From Candidatus Brocadiia bacterium (lineage in GTDB: Bacteria > Planctomycetota > Brocadiia > SM23-32), in NCBI GenBank assembly GCA_046538485.1, contig JBKHIT010000001.1:96001-160000 (forward strand): DNA of 64,000 nucleotides. The letters are read 5' to 3'. Below the pieces are notes generated by a model. It had not been told where the DNA came from. It ran no database searches and was given only the letters and a program-made list of their open reading frames with translations. Positions 1 through 10,864 of the stretch are shown here, piece after piece. Numbering within the stretch: position 1 is the first letter of the stretch; every line of letters begins with the position of its first letter. A program made the position numbers and the translations under genes.

Positions 1-1423
1 ACGTCTCCATTTCCCCGGTTTCTCGCTCCAGCTCATTTTGAACAATCTCAATTTGTCGGTTCAGCTGCTGGAGTTCTCCGGAGACGTCTTCCAACTCCTT
101 TTTGGCAATCAGACGCTTTTCATCGATATCTTCGCAACGTTTTTCCAGATCTTTTTCGCGGCTGTTCTGTCGTTGAAGCCTGTTTTCCAGCGTTTCGATT
201 TCGGCTTCAAGCATGCTAATTTCGCTCTGGAGTTGAGAATCCTGGTGGAGCAGATTGAAAACCGTTTTCTTATCTCGATCGATCCTGTCTTCCAGCTCTT
301 CGCACTCTTGCCCCTGTTTTCGCATGCTGTTTTCAAGACGTTCGCACTCCGATCGCCGTGCTTCTAATTTCTCCTGCCCGCTTTGCAGTTTTTCGTTTGT
401 TTGCTGAAGTTCTTTTTGAACCCTTTCAATATCGGACTCCGCTTCCTGCAGCCGTTCTGCAAGTTCCTCCCGCCGTTCCTGGAGCTCTTGCCTCCGATTT
501 TCATTGATCTCGATTTCTTTGCCCATGCTGTACTGGCGGGCGCCGAGGCGCGAGAGCTTATCGTCGGTCTCAGAGACTTCCCCGCGGACATGCTCCAACA
601 GCTCTTCGGCCTCAGCCAGTTTTTGGCGGATGGATTCCGCTTCCTCAGTTAGTGCCCGGCACCGTTCATCCCGGTCCTGTTTTTCGCTTTTGAGTTCATT
701 TTGTTCTCGGATAAGTTCCCGGCGCTTATGTACGGCCAGTCCAAATCGCAGGCCGCTGAGTTCATCTTTATAGCGTTTGAACCGCCGGGCTTTACGGGCC
801 TGCCGGCGCACACTTCGCAGTTGCCGATCCAGTTCTTCGATAATATCAGTAACTCGTTGGAGATTGCCTTTAACGCGTTCCAGCTTTCGTTCAGCGGTTT
901 TTTTCTGGTCCAGGTATCGGTTGATTCCGGCCGCTTCCTCAAGCACTTCTCGTCGTTCGCTTGAACTGGCCTGAAGCAACAGATCCACCTGACCCTGCTC
1001 GATAAAACTGTAGGCGCTAACTCCCACGCCTGTATCCATGAAGAGAGCCCTGATATCTTTCAGGCGGCATGCTTCATCGTTCAGGAAATAATCACTTTCC
1101 CCCGATCTGTAACACCGACGAGTTATACAGACCTCTTCGTAGTCAGTCGGCAAACTGCCATCGTCGTTCTCCAACGTAAGGCGCACTTCGGCCGATCCCA
1201 GAGCCCGACGGGCCGACGACCCATTGAAAATCATGTCGGCCATTTCGTTTCCTCGGAGCTTCTGCGCACTCCGCTCGCCGAGCACCCATTTGAGCGCATC
1301 TACTACGTTACTCTTGCCGGAACCGTTCGGCCCTACAAGACCTGTCAGTGTTTCCTCAAATTCAAAAACCGTTTTATCGGCGAAGGATTTGAAGCCGATC
1401 AACTCCAATTTCTTCAGCTTCAT
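1..1423 (-). CDS. smc: Chromosome segregation protein SMC, 5' part (runs off the window)
   Basis: Manual translation from ATG at 1423 gives MKLKKLELIGFKSFADKT...GLVGPNGSGKSNVVDALKWVLGE (Walker A, SMC head). SFIEQGQVD and EEFEEAAGI-like SMC motifs follow, then coiled coil. Not in the ORF track because it has no stop in the window. Confidence 0.93.
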   Translation of the reverse strand, partial: MKLKKLELIGFKSFADKTVFEFEETLTGLVGPNGSGKSNVVDALKWVLGERSAQKLRGNEMADMIFNGSSARRALGSAEVRLTLENDDGSLPTDYEEVCITRRCYRSGESDYFLNDEACRLKDIRALFMDTGVGVSAYSFIEQGQVDLLLQASSSERREVLEEAAGINRYLDQKKTAERKLERVKGNLQRVTDIIEELDRQLRSVRRQARKARRFKRYKDELSGLRFGLAVHKRRELIREQNELKSEKQDRDERCRALTEEAESIRQKLAEAEELLEHVRGEVSETDDKLSRLGARQYSMGKEIEINENRRQELQERREELAERLQEAESDIERVQKELQQTNEKLQSGQEKLEARRSECERLENSMRKQGQECEELEDRIDRDKKTVFNLLHQDSQLQSEISMLEAEIETLENRLQRQNSREKDLEKRCEDIDEKRLIAKKELEDVSGELQQLNRQIEIVQNELERETGEMET

Positions 1424-1841
1424 CTGGCCCTCATATTCTTATTGCAAAAAAACTCCCCAGGGGGAGAAGAACCTGTAAAGTCGGGCTGCGTGGCGAAAAG
1501 CCACTGCATGAATGGCATGATAAGAAAAAACCAGCGCCAAAATCCACCCGGGACATATTCTCACTTTGCGCCTACATCTGCCTTCTGCTGAAAACGACTG
1601 ACGGGACAGAATTTGTGCCGATAGCCTTATGCATTTAACCGATTGTTTTAAAAGACTTTATGACACTAATAGCCGAGCACCTTTTTGCTTCGCTATCGAC
1701 ATTACGTAACCGCCAAGATGAACCTGAGGAACAAAGAAGGGCAAAAAGATTGGAGTAAAATATACGAGAAAATACCCCGCGGGGGGGCAAAAACGCGCAC
1801 ACCGGCCGAAACGTCGTTCCAGCGCATTCAGGGTTTTTCAG

Positions 1842-2585
1842 TCACTCGGCCGCCGCTTGGGCACCGCGGGCAACAAGTCCACGTTCCCGTCCCCGCACGA
1901 GGACCTGTTCTGCCCCGCCCCGTGCAAGCCTTTCCATTTCATCCATTTCTTCGGGCATAAATGGCATCACGTCGTGAAGCGCGGTATCCAGACAGTGAGC
2001 CGGCTCAAAATTCTGTAGGGCCATCACATCGGCGCCTTTCAAAGCGGGCGCAATTTTTGCGACCTCTTCTTTGCCCACCAGGCCCGGAACGACCGTTGTA
2101 CGGAACTCGTGGGGAAGTCCGCTGTCGATAATTGTCTTGATCGATGTCTTAAGCGCCTCAACATCGACTTCACGGCCCGCAACCTTTTCGTAAGAAACGG
2201 GGGCAAGCGGAGCTTTGACATCCATTGTGATCCGCTGGACCCAGCGTTCTGCAATAATTTTCTTGACCCATTTGGGCTGGGTGCCATTTGTCTCAAGCAT
2301 AACATCGAGTCCGGTGTCACGAACATCCCGCATCAGATCAATAAGTTCCTCTTCATAAAGTGTGGGTTCTCCGCCGGTTATAACGGCGCCGTCGAGCCAG
2401 CCCTTTTGTCGACGCATATAATCGAGGAGATCTTTTCGATTGAGGCTTTCAAGTTCATTGGGCTTGAGAAGGTGTTGTGCGTGGCAGTAATGGCACCTCA
2501 GATTACAATACGGCAAGAACAAAACACAGGTGAGTTTGCCCTGCCATTCCAGCAGACTGTTTTCGATAAAACCCTTGATTTCCAT
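1842..2585 (-). CDS. nrdG: Anaerobic ribonucleotide reductase activating enzyme (radical SAM)
   Basis: CNLRCHYC radical-SAM motif, ITGGEPTL, ETNG; last gene of the nrdD operon. Confidence 0.88.
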   Translation of the reverse strand: MEIKGFIENSLLEWQGKLTCVLFLPYCNLRCHYCHAQHLLKPNELESLNRKDLLDYMRRQKGWLDGAVITGGEPTLYEEELIDLMRDVRDTGLDVMLETNGTQPKWVKKIIAERWVQRITMDVKAPLAPVSYEKVAGREVDVEALKTSIKTIIDSGLPHEFRTTVVPGLVGKEEVAKIAPALKGADVMALQNFEPAHCLDTALHDVMPFMPEEMDEMERLARGGAEQVLVRGRERGLVARGAQAAAE

Positions 2586-2715
2586 GACCGAAACCGATTC
2601 CGTATCAGAATGTTTGCACCGTGGGAACCCGCGCGGCTGAGAAATGCCGCGATATCAGTTCAAAAGGGGAAAGCCCCGGTGGCTTGAGCTTTCCCCGGAA
2701 AAGAATTTGACAATT

Positions 2716-3015
2716 TCAAGCCGCTGCATTTTGATCTTCACTATCCGCCACTACAGCTTGCAATTCCGAACTCGGGGGAGCCTGACCGTCCCATCGGGCA
2801 GCCACCTCCCAATCGTCTTTCATCACAAGTACGCTGGGGATATCGAAGACTTCGAAAAAATCTCCTTCTGCTGCGGCTGATTCATCGGATTCCATATCCA
2901 TAAAAATAACATCGTGTTCGTCCGAGACTTCCCAGCGCTCGAGAAAATGTTCAACTTTTTTTGTCGCACTTTTGCAGAGTTTGCAACCCTTTTTACCGTA
3001 TACATGAATGATCAT
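2716..3015 (-). CDS. Small glutaredoxin/thioredoxin-like CxxC protein
   Basis: MIIHVYGKKGCKLC...FDIPSVLV fits the thioredoxin fold (CxxC and cis-Pro). AGGAGG precedes the ATG at 3015. Lies between nrdD and nrdG. Confidence 0.8.
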   Translation of the reverse strand: MIIHVYGKKGCKLCKSATKKVEHFLERWEVSDEHDVIFMDMESDESAAAEGDFFEVFDIPSVLVMKDDWEVAARWDGQAPPSSELQAVVADSEDQNAAA

Positions 3016-3102
3016 TCTATCTTGCCTCCTCTTGTTCAGATCTCCAGATATTCTGCCCACTGTAACGGGCACTTAACCGGATAAGAACCGTTTTCTAATT
3101 CT

Positions 3103-5553
3103 CTATCCACTCAAACTGACGCTGTAATTACCTTTTTGACGATCTTTCAGCTCACCGTGTTTGGATTTGTTCCAGTTATTGACCCGGCTAAAGTAACCGA
3201 CGATCCGGGTCAGCCCGTGAACATCCGAGCTGCCACAGGCTCCACAGGTTGCCTGCAACCCGGGAGTCTGTTTGTGGCATTCATGGCAGACGGTGAATTC
3301 CGGGCTTATGGTCAACTGGGCGGCCTGGGTTTTCTGAAACGTCTTTTCAACCAAATTGAGAATGCTGAGTGCAGGCGGACGTTCCTCGCCGACAAAGGCA
3401 TGAATTATCGCTCCGCTCTCGATTGCGCGATGGAATTTGCTCTGTTTGCGAATCCTCGTCAGCAAATCCATGGGAGCATCCGCACGCATGTGAATGCTAT
3501 TGGTATAGTACATCTCGTCGCTCCCTATTTCGCCTTTGACGGTGGCCCGGGCTTCCTCGGGAAATCGCCGCAGGTCAACTTTCGCCAGGCGTCGGGCCGC
3601 ACTCTCGGCTGGCGACTCTTCGAGCGCAATGCGCATATCGTATTTTTCGCCGAGCTGTTTGGCCTTGAACTGCATATGGCGGACGACATGGAGGCCGCGT
3701 CGGACCATTTCCTCGCTTTCATGGAGTTCCTGACCCGAAATATGCTGCAGGCATTCGTTCAATCCCATCAAACCGAGAATATAGGTAGCCTCACTGAGAT
3801 CGACATACGGTCGGCCATCCTTAGCCGTTTTTCCAATCTGCCAGAGTGGCATCTCGGGCGAACTCATAAGTGTGGAGATGAAAGCCCGTTTCTGGCGATG
3901 GGCCTTGACACCCAGCTCGATCATTTCATCGATCTCTCTGTAGAGCCCATCGTAATCGCCTTTATCAACCCGGTAAGCGCATTGCGGGAGGTTGATTGTA
4001 ACGTTCTGGAATCCGCAGAACCTCATGGTTTCCGGATGGCGGATCATGCGGTCATCCTGAATCACTGTCCGCAAGCGGCAACACGCGCTTAATGTCACCT
4101 CATCCCGATCGAAGACGAAATACGGGACACCGTTTTCGCTTGCGATTTTGGCCGTATATTCCAGGATTTCCCTTTGAGCCGGATCGGTGAGCGTATCCTG
4201 ACTGATATGGAAGTCGCATTTTGGGAAAGCAAAGATATTGCCGTAACGATCCCCCTCGCGCCACACATCAAGCATGGCTTTGCAGAAACGCTGGGCTGTT
4301 TTTTCGTAGCTTTTGTAATTTCGCCCCGTGTATTCACCTCCCGGCCCAATAGCCGGAATATCAGCCAGGTAGGATGGCACACCGGTGTGGATATTAAAAT
4401 CAAGGAAAAGCGTCTGACCGCCCCGGCTGAAAGCATTCTGTGAAGAGCTGAATATCAGGTGTTGGGCCTCCTGTTTCATCTCTTCATAGCTCATCCCTTC
4501 GAGGTAAGGGGCGTAGAAGATATTGATATATCCGACACCGAGCGCGCCGGCGTAGTATGCCTGCATCGAGGCCAGGAAGGTGTTCAAATGGCCCGTCAAA
4601 GTCCGGGCATGTTTGGCGGGAGCGCTGGAAGAATCGAGATTTTCCAGATCCAATCCATATTTTTTCAGGTATTCCAGCGAGTGGCTGGAGCAGTAGACCC
4701 TTGTGGGATAACCCAGATCATGGACGTGAACTTTGCCCAACATATGTGCTTCGGCAATATCATCGCTGAAAACTTCGCTCAGGGCATATTGTTTCAGCGT
4801 CGTCTCGGCCACGCTGAGGTTAATTGCCTCCGGATTGTTCTGGGCGATATTCGCGTTTTCGTTGCTCTTCGATTTGATAATCGTGTCGAGGTCATATTTC
4901 GGCATCCCGAGCACTTTTTGTTTTTCCAGTCTTCCCGTCAGCCCTCTTTCGAAGAGCTCGTTATCAACCAATTCTCGGATCAGAGACGTTGAGATGCGGG
5001 TCATACCGCTATCCAGAACGCGCTTTTCCACGACGCTGGCGACTTCTGCGGCAATATCTTCAGGCAAATCCGCCTCTACTTCGAGAGCTTTGGCAATCCG
5101 CGCCTTATCCCATTCCTGCAATTCGTCCTGACTTTGCGTATTTACAAGCAGTGAGATATCCGTTGAATTACTGTTTTTGTCATGCACAGGTTTGCGGACA
5201 CGCAGAGCTTCGCGGATTCGGCTACGCCGGTCGCGATACAGAATATATGCTTTTGCCGTCCTTGCGTGGCCCATCTCGATCAGAACTTTTTCGACAGTAT
5301 CCTGGATCTCCTCAATATGGGGAGGCGAATCAGCATAATTTTTTTCCAGGAACATCGTCACCACACCCGCTAATTCCTCAGCCAGGACCCTATCTTCCCC
5401 GCCGACGGATTGAGCCGCTTTGAAAATTGCATCGGCTATTTTATCCTGATCGAAAGGAACCAGCCGTCCATCCCGTTTGCGAACGTTTTGGATTTTCGTG
5501 CTTGTCTTCATCACATCCTCATCTTTAAGCTCCTCATACGCATCCAACGCCAT
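3103..5553 (-). CDS. nrdD: Class III anaerobic ribonucleoside-triphosphate reductase with N-terminal ATP-cone(s)
   Basis: VRKRDGRLVPFD ATP-cone, HVHDL, SACCRL finger loop, CxxC..CxxC zinc site and TRIVGYFS glycyl-radical motif. Start moved to ATG 5553 (AAGGAG RBS). Confidence 0.93.
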   Translation of the reverse strand: MALDAYEELKDEDVMKTSTKIQNVRKRDGRLVPFDQDKIADAIFKAAQSVGGEDRVLAEELAGVVTMFLEKNYADSPPHIEEIQDTVEKVLIEMGHARTAKAYILYRDRRSRIREALRVRKPVHDKNSNSTDISLLVNTQSQDELQEWDKARIAKALEVEADLPEDIAAEVASVVEKRVLDSGMTRISTSLIRELVDNELFERGLTGRLEKQKVLGMPKYDLDTIIKSKSNENANIAQNNPEAINLSVAETTLKQYALSEVFSDDIAEAHMLGKVHVHDLGYPTRVYCSSHSLEYLKKYGLDLENLDSSSAPAKHARTLTGHLNTFLASMQAYYAGALGVGYINIFYAPYLEGMSYEEMKQEAQHLIFSSSQNAFSRGGQTLFLDFNIHTGVPSYLADIPAIGPGGEYTGRNYKSYEKTAQRFCKAMLDVWREGDRYGNIFAFPKCDFHISQDTLTDPAQREILEYTAKIASENGVPYFVFDRDEVTLSACCRLRTVIQDDRMIRHPETMRFCGFQNVTINLPQCAYRVDKGDYDGLYREIDEMIELGVKAHRQKRAFISTLMSSPEMPLWQIGKTAKDGRPYVDLSEATYILGLMGLNECLQHISGQELHESEEMVRRGLHVVRHMQFKAKQLGEKYDMRIALEESPAESAARRLAKVDLRRFPEEARATVKGEIGSDEMYYTNSIHMRADAPMDLLTRIRKQSKFHRAIESGAIIHAFVGEERPPALSILNLVEKTFQKTQAAQLTISPEFTVCHECHKQTPGLQATCGACGSSDVHGLTRIVGYFSRVNNWNKSKHGELKDRQKGNYSVSLSG

Positions 5554-5581
5554 CTTTATTCTCCTTGGGTCTTTGATTCGA

Positions 5582-6076
5582 CTAGTTATCTTCCATTTCA
5601 GCGGCTGGCTCCTCCGCTTTATCGCCATCGGCCAGCATCATATCTGCCTCTTCCACAAAATCACTTACATCTTTGAACTCCCGATAAACGGAAGCAAATC
5701 TGATGAAAGCTACCTGATCCATCTCCCGCAAACGCTCCATAACCAGTTCTCCGATCGCATCTGAAGGCACTTCGTTGTCGAAATCCTGGCGCAACTGACG
5801 CTCGATTTCATCGACAACCTCTTCGAGACGATCGGTGGAAACGGGACGTTTATGGCAGGCTTTCATCAATCCCGCAAGAAGTTTGCTGCGGGAAAAAGTC
5901 TCCCGATTCCCATCCTTCTTTACAATCCTCAGCGGACTTTCTTCCAGCCGTTCGTAAGTGGTGTAACGTCGGCCGCAATTCTGGCATTCCCGTCGTCTTT
6001 TTACAGTTGCTCCGTTTGCGCTCGTACGAGAATTTACGACCCTGTCATCATCCTTTTTACAATACGGACATCGCAT
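5582..6076 (-). CDS. nrdR: Transcriptional repressor NrdR
   Basis: MRCPYC...RRRECQNCGRRYTTYE zinc ribbon, ATP-cone, FIRFASVYREF. Confidence 0.96.
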   Translation of the reverse strand: MRCPYCKKDDDRVVNSRTSANGATVKRRRECQNCGRRYTTYERLEESPLRIVKKDGNRETFSRSKLLAGLMKACHKRPVSTDRLEEVVDEIERQLRQDFDNEVPSDAIGELVMERLREMDQVAFIRFASVYREFKDVSDFVEEADMMLADGDKAEEPAAEMEDN

Positions 6077-6248
6077 CAGATTTTACCCCTGTATTCGGAC
6101 TGGTCCCCGCTGCATAATGGCACTCGGTACTGCGAAGGCGGAAGCATTTTTTTGGGCCTGTTTCCGACCACCTTTTTTTTGCGGTCTCCATCCTTACAAT
6201 ACCCCAGCAGCTGACGACCTGAGAAGGTTTCGCGCCAAAGAACGGGAT

Positions 6249-6283
6249 ATACTACATGTGGCACGGTCAATATATTACATGTG
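6249..6283. promoter_or_regulatory. Candidate NrdR box(es) overlapping/downstream of the -10 element
   Basis: ATACTACATGTGGC and TCAATATATTACATGTG resemble the NrdR-box pattern (aCwAtATaTwGt) and lie directly upstream of nrdR/nrdD. Match judged by eye. Confidence 0.45.
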
Positions 6284-6300
6284 CAGATATGCGACGTCAA
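6272..6300 (-). promoter_or_regulatory. Sigma70-type promoter of the nrdR-nrdD operon
   Basis: Minus strand reads TTGACG-17 nt-TAATAT upstream of nrdR. Confidence 0.55.
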
Positions 6301-6973
6301 GGTTTTTTTTTGGATTTTGTTAAATTCGTGCAATTTTTTCTTGTTCAACCTCTGAGGAGCCAGATTTCAGCCACCTGAGCAGGTCCAATTACGGAAAAAT
6401 TTGAGTTTTTTTGCTTCGCAAAGGAGAAAATAATCGGCGTCCGCGCTACGTTCACTCGGGCAAACCGATTATGGTCCTGAAAATGCCGGCTTTTGAAGCG
6501 CTTTTTATGTCCGGATACCCCAAAGCTACATCTCCCAGAGCACCCTCGTAAGCTCGCTCCCGAAAACGATTCGAAATGAATCGGCTCGGGAAATTGTACA
6601 GTGCTGAAAGCACTCGCCCGGATTTTACGGATAATTGGGAGCTATTGTTGCCCAATCAGCGTAGAATCTTTATTGAACACCGTTCACAACCCTTCTCAGC
6701 CAAAAATCCGGGCTAAAAAAACGGCGCATAAAATCTGACAACTTAAAATCAGTGATCAGCAACGGGGCGAACGCTACGTTGAGAAACGATTGGCTTTAAC
6801 TGCTTTTTCACAAGGAAGATACAGACATCTTCCGGCACAGTAGCACGGGCCGGAAATTGTGAACACTTCTTGTCGTTGTAAATTCTTACGCCTGAACGGC
6901 ATGCACCGTTTTATATAGCCTGCATCTGTAACATGCAGGCTATCAGTTCCGCCGGGGAGCAAATCTCTCTGCC

Positions 6974-7651
6974 TTATTTTGTCCTCTGCAGAAACTGGGC
7001 AGCTTCCCGGACATTCTCAGTTGAAGCCGCAAGAAAGACCTGGTCACCTGCCCGCAACTTAATCTTGCCCCGCGGGATAATAAATCGTTCATCGGCTTCA
7101 CGGTAAACGCCCGCAATCACACATTCCTCCGGGAAACGTTTATTCTGCCCCACTTCACTAACCGCTTTCCCATCAACTCGTCCCCCCTCCGGAATCGTCG
7201 CCACCACCACAGAGGCTTCTCCACGTCCGAATGTCGCCACCTGGCGCAACGTGGGATGCTCGATCTCCAGCACCAGTTGATCCACAAAAAGCTGTCCGAT
7301 ATCAAGCGTGCGAGTGACTCCGGCCATTTCGTATGCGCTTTCGTATACGGGATTTCTCATTCTGGCGACAATTCGGGGCACATCTGAGCTTCGAGCGAGA
7401 ATTGTAAAAGCAAGATTGTCGGCATCACGCGGCAGGGCTCCGATGGCAACTTCAGCCTTTTCAATGCCCGCATCCTGGAGCACTCCGAAATCCGTAGCCG
7501 TTCCATGCACGGCGAGAACCCCAACTCGTTGTGTCATTTCCTCACAGACTTCTTTGTCCTGTTCAACCACAACCACGTCGTGGCGGTTCTGGAGTAGTCT
7601 CCTCGCCAGGGTTCCACCGACCATTCCTGCTCCGGCAATTACGATGTACAT
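6974..7651 (-). CDS. trkA: TrkA-family K+ uptake regulatory subunit
   Basis: IVIAGAGMVG Rossmann (RCK_N) plus RCK_C (IIPRG..LRAGD); adjacent to trkH. Confidence 0.88.
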   Translation of the reverse strand: MYIVIAGAGMVGGTLARRLLQNRHDVVVVEQDKEVCEEMTQRVGVLAVHGTATDFGVLQDAGIEKAEVAIGALPRDADNLAFTILARSSDVPRIVARMRNPVYESAYEMAGVTRTLDIGQLFVDQLVLEIEHPTLRQVATFGRGEASVVVATIPEGGRVDGKAVSEVGQNKRFPEECVIAGVYREADERFIIPRGKIKLRAGDQVFLAASTENVREAAQFLQRTK

Positions 7652-7661
7652 GTTTTCCCTC

Positions 7662-9152
7662 CTAATTCCATGTGCGGCCGCAGAACAACATGAGTATTGG
7701 CAATATTTCCAGTCTTCCGGCCAACATGCCGAAAATGTATGTTATTTTTATGAGGGGAGAGAGTTCCGTCATTTCCTGCACGGAAATATAACAGGGACCG
7801 ATATTCCCCAGAGCTGAGAACATACCCGAAGCCGAATTTAACGGCCCATGATGGGAAAGAAAAGCCGTAATGCCCGCCCCAATCGCTAAAAGAACGATCC
7901 AGCCAAAGAACAGTGCTGCGATCCGCCGTATTTCTTCTTCTTCGATTTGCTCGCCATCGACAAGGAGAAGATTAACCGTACGGCGGCTGTTCACCACCCG
8001 TCTCACCTGCCGCCAGATCATCTTCGCGAGAACACCGACCCTCATGACCTTCACCCCGCCCCCCGTCGAACCGACACATCCACCAATGACCATTAGTACC
8101 AAAAAGATTTGGCGTGACGCGGCAGGGTATCCGGCAATATTTTTCGTACCGTACCCCGTCGTTGTTCCAATCGAAACAACCTGAAAAAGTGAATGTCGAA
8201 AAGCCTCTTCCGGATTCGCAATATCGGATTGGATCCATAGTTCCAGTAAGATCAACGCCGTTGCGCCGAGCAGAATCAGCCACCAGAGTCTGACTTCCAG
8301 ATTGTCCCAGAGGCTCTTCACATCGCCGGTTACGAGGCGGTAATGCACAAAGAAGTTTGTTCCCCCTAACACCATTCCCAGAATTAAAATATACTCGATC
8401 CAGCGGAAGTTGGGGTGCCCGTTCTGCGCGTAATGGGCAATACTTGCGTCGTAGGGAGAGTACCCCCCGGTAGAGAGACAGGTAAAAGAATGTGTAATGG
8501 CGTCGAAAACGCTGGAACCTGCGATGACCAGAAGTGACGCAATCAAAAGCGTGAAAGCCCCATAAATCGTCCATAAAATCCGAAGTGTGCGGAACAAACT
8601 GGGAGCGGGACGTTTAGAAAATATCTTGTGGCTCTCCGCGCTGAAAAGACGGTGTGATTCCCCCCCGGCTCCGACGACCGTCAGAAAGAACGTCAATATC
8701 CCCAGCCCCCCCAACCACTGGATGAGCGCGCGCCAGAAAATGATGCTGTGAGCCATATTGTCCAGCCCGGTCAGCATCGTAATGCCGGTGGTGGTGAACC
8801 CACTGACTGTCTCAAAATAGGCGTCGAGATAGCTGACTCTCAGCACGAAACAGAATGGCAAAGCCCCCATCGCTGAAAGCACGATCCAGCCGAGTCCGCA
8901 AACCAGCATGGCCCCTCGACGATCGAGCGGCGCGGGCTCACCGTGTCCTGCCAGCATCCATCCTAAAATAACCGTGGCAACGGCCGGGGAGAGATAGTAA
9001 ATCGGGGGGACTTCCTGGTGACCCGCATATTTGTACATAAAAACGACAATCAGCGGGGTGAACATCAAAAATCCCAGAATCCACAACACCCCCCCCAGAT
9101 GGCGAACGACCGGCACAAACTGTCGGAATCTCTTGCGCATTCTCGCCGTCAA
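7662..9152 (-). CDS. trkH: TrkH-family K+ uptake membrane protein
   Basis: Pore motifs SGFTTTG, STGGYS, GTTTGY, SALGNIG and GGCVGSTGGGVK. Start may be ATG 9140. Confidence 0.92.
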   Translation of the reverse strand: MTARMRKRFRQFVPVVRHLGGVLWILGFLMFTPLIVVFMYKYAGHQEVPPIYYLSPAVATVILGWMLAGHGEPAPLDRRGAMLVCGLGWIVLSAMGALPFCFVLRVSYLDAYFETVSGFTTTGITMLTGLDNMAHSIIFWRALIQWLGGLGILTFFLTVVGAGGESHRLFSAESHKIFSKRPAPSLFRTLRILWTIYGAFTLLIASLLVIAGSSVFDAITHSFTCLSTGGYSPYDASIAHYAQNGHPNFRWIEYILILGMVLGGTNFFVHYRLVTGDVKSLWDNLEVRLWWLILLGATALILLELWIQSDIANPEEAFRHSLFQVVSIGTTTGYGTKNIAGYPAASRQIFLVLMVIGGCVGSTGGGVKVMRVGVLAKMIWRQVRRVVNSRRTVNLLLVDGEQIEEEEIRRIAALFFGWIVLLAIGAGITAFLSHHGPLNSASGMFSALGNIGPCYISVQEMTELSPLIKITYIFGMLAGRLEILPILMLFCGRTWN

Positions 9153-9321
9153 GTACCGGAAAACGGAGGCTTAAAGCAAAACCGTGCGTCGGGAAAATAG
9201 TCCCGTCACATACCTTCGGAATCGCCGTACACTCGCAAGATAACGCGGGAACACAAGTTCGCGCAAGCGAAGCCCCTGAAAGGCGTGCCTTTCTGGAAGC
9301 TGCACCTGCCAGAAATTTCCC

Positions 9322-9594
9322 TCAAAAGTCCCGAACATTACCCTGATGGGTCATTTCGACGAAAATCGGTTCCAGAACCGTGGTCATTGCCCCGCCAAAA
9401 ATTGTCGAACACTGCTTTTTGAAGGCTTCAAATGCCTCTTTGACCTCAGCTCTTTCCTGGTTGCCGTAGGGCAGGTTCTCACCCACGCGACACGGACCTT
9501 CATGGCCGTGATCGTGTATAAATCGAGAAAACACAGGTTTTATTCGCACTTTAACGGTTTGCGGATGAAGCACCTCAGGCACCATATCTTTCAC
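9322..9594 (-). pseudogene. Short ORF, possibly the truncated N-terminus of a larger protein
   Basis: AAGGAG RBS and protein-like sequence (VRIKPVF..HEGPCR), ending abruptly after 90 aa. Identity uncertain. Confidence 0.3.
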
Positions 9595-9795
9595 TCCTTT
9601 TTCGCAATCGGGTGATTTTCAATCACGCAGGCGTAGAGTCGTATAATTATGGAAGCGTTTGCGAGCTCCAGCTCTGGCAAGCGACCACCATCGAACAAAA
9701 ATCCACTCATTTTAGAGCAAACTTTTATCTCTCAGTTCAACACGTACTCTTATCGGATTTGTCTTTTTCTTGCCGGACCGAAAACAGCGACATCG

Positions 9796-10323
9796 CTATA
9801 TCTTTTTCTTCTCAAACAAAGCAAAAAGCAGGAGAAAAAGCACAACGAGTACGGGAATAACAAACCAGGGCGAAATCGCGAGGGCGCCCGGCAGCGTAAC
9901 CTTGCCGTATGTCCCCCAGGTCAGCACGCTTTGCTTCATGGCGGGATAAATTTCTGCGTAAATTGCAGCTCCCACCAGCATGCCGAGTATCGCCCAAACG
10001 GCATGCCAGCGGCCCTCTCCCACGGCGCCGACCGAAGTGCCAGGACAGTAGCCCATGACAGCCCACCCTGCGCCAAACAAAAGACCGCCGATAATGTTGG
10101 CTCCAACGTATGCAGCCTTCACTTTTAACTCTACAACGCCGGCACTCACGAGCAAATTGATGCCGATCATTCCGACGATAATTGCCGACAGCATAAACTT
10201 AAGGATAGTCATATCCTTGAGCAACATCGCGCCGACCTGTTTCTCGAAACGCAGCACGCGTCCCTGCTGCAGCAAAGCACCAAACACGACTCCCGTTACA
10301 AGACCAAGAAGTAACTCAGTCAT
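9796..10323 (-). CDS. YeeE/YedE-family sulfur-compound transporter subunit
   Basis: GGLLFGAGWAVMGYCPGT motif; hydrophobic; ATG 10323 coupled to the upstream paralogue. Confidence 0.85.
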   Translation of the reverse strand: MTELLLGLVTGVVFGALLQQGRVLRFEKQVGAMLLKDMTILKFMLSAIIVGMIGINLLVSAGVVELKVKAAYVGANIIGGLLFGAGWAVMGYCPGTSVGAVGEGRWHAVWAILGMLVGAAIYAEIYPAMKQSVLTWGTYGKVTLPGALAISPWFVIPVLVVLFLLLFALFEKKKI

Positions 10324-10864
10324 TTTGCCTCTCCTCCCTTCCTGACCTGTAGATAAGATTCGCCACAACCACACCTGCTCCGAAAAATCCCGCCATCGCG
10401 ATGAACCCACTGATCGACAATTGCATTAAGCCGCTGAGTCCGTGGCCGCTGGGACAACCACCGGCCAAACGCGCCCCGATCATGCTTACAATGCCGCCAA
10501 GGAACGCCCCGATTGCCCGGACAGCGACCTTGTTGCCGAACCTGTCTGACCAAATCGGCGGAACTTTCTCCGGCTTGAAACTTCTGTCGATCAGTGAGGC
10601 CACAAAAGCTCCTATCAGAATTCCAATGACAAGCATGAACTGCCAGTTCACCTCCACCTTTTTCGATTGATAGTAAGCATTGTCCTCAACGTGCTCTTGA
10701 GCAACAGTTTTTTCGACGAGCCCCGCTGACCGAACAAATGTTGTCGATGCCCCAAGATACTTCGGTTTACCAAGCATCTTTGTGGACACAAAGACGGATG
10801 CAACGGCCAACAAACCGACGAGAGCGCCAGCCACATACGGTCTCCATGATTTTACCTTTACCAT
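10316..10864 (-). CDS. YeeE/YedE-family sulfur-compound transporter subunit
   Basis: GARLAGGCPSGHGLSG motif; AGGAGG RBS before ATG 10864. Confidence 0.85.
   Translation of the reverse strand: MVKVKSWRPYVAGALVGLLAVASVFVSTKMLGKPKYLGASTTFVRSAGLVEKTVAQEHVEDNAYYQSKKVEVNWQFMLVIGILIGAFVASLIDRSFKPEKVPPIWSDRFGNKVAVRAIGAFLGGIVSMIGARLAGGCPSGHGLSGLMQLSISGFIAMAGFFGAGVVVANLIYRSGREERQND

Noticed and set aside
6076..6962. Short ORFs or an RNA gene in the nrdR-trkA gap
   Set aside because: No recognisable motifs or RNA family; part of it is the nrd promoter.
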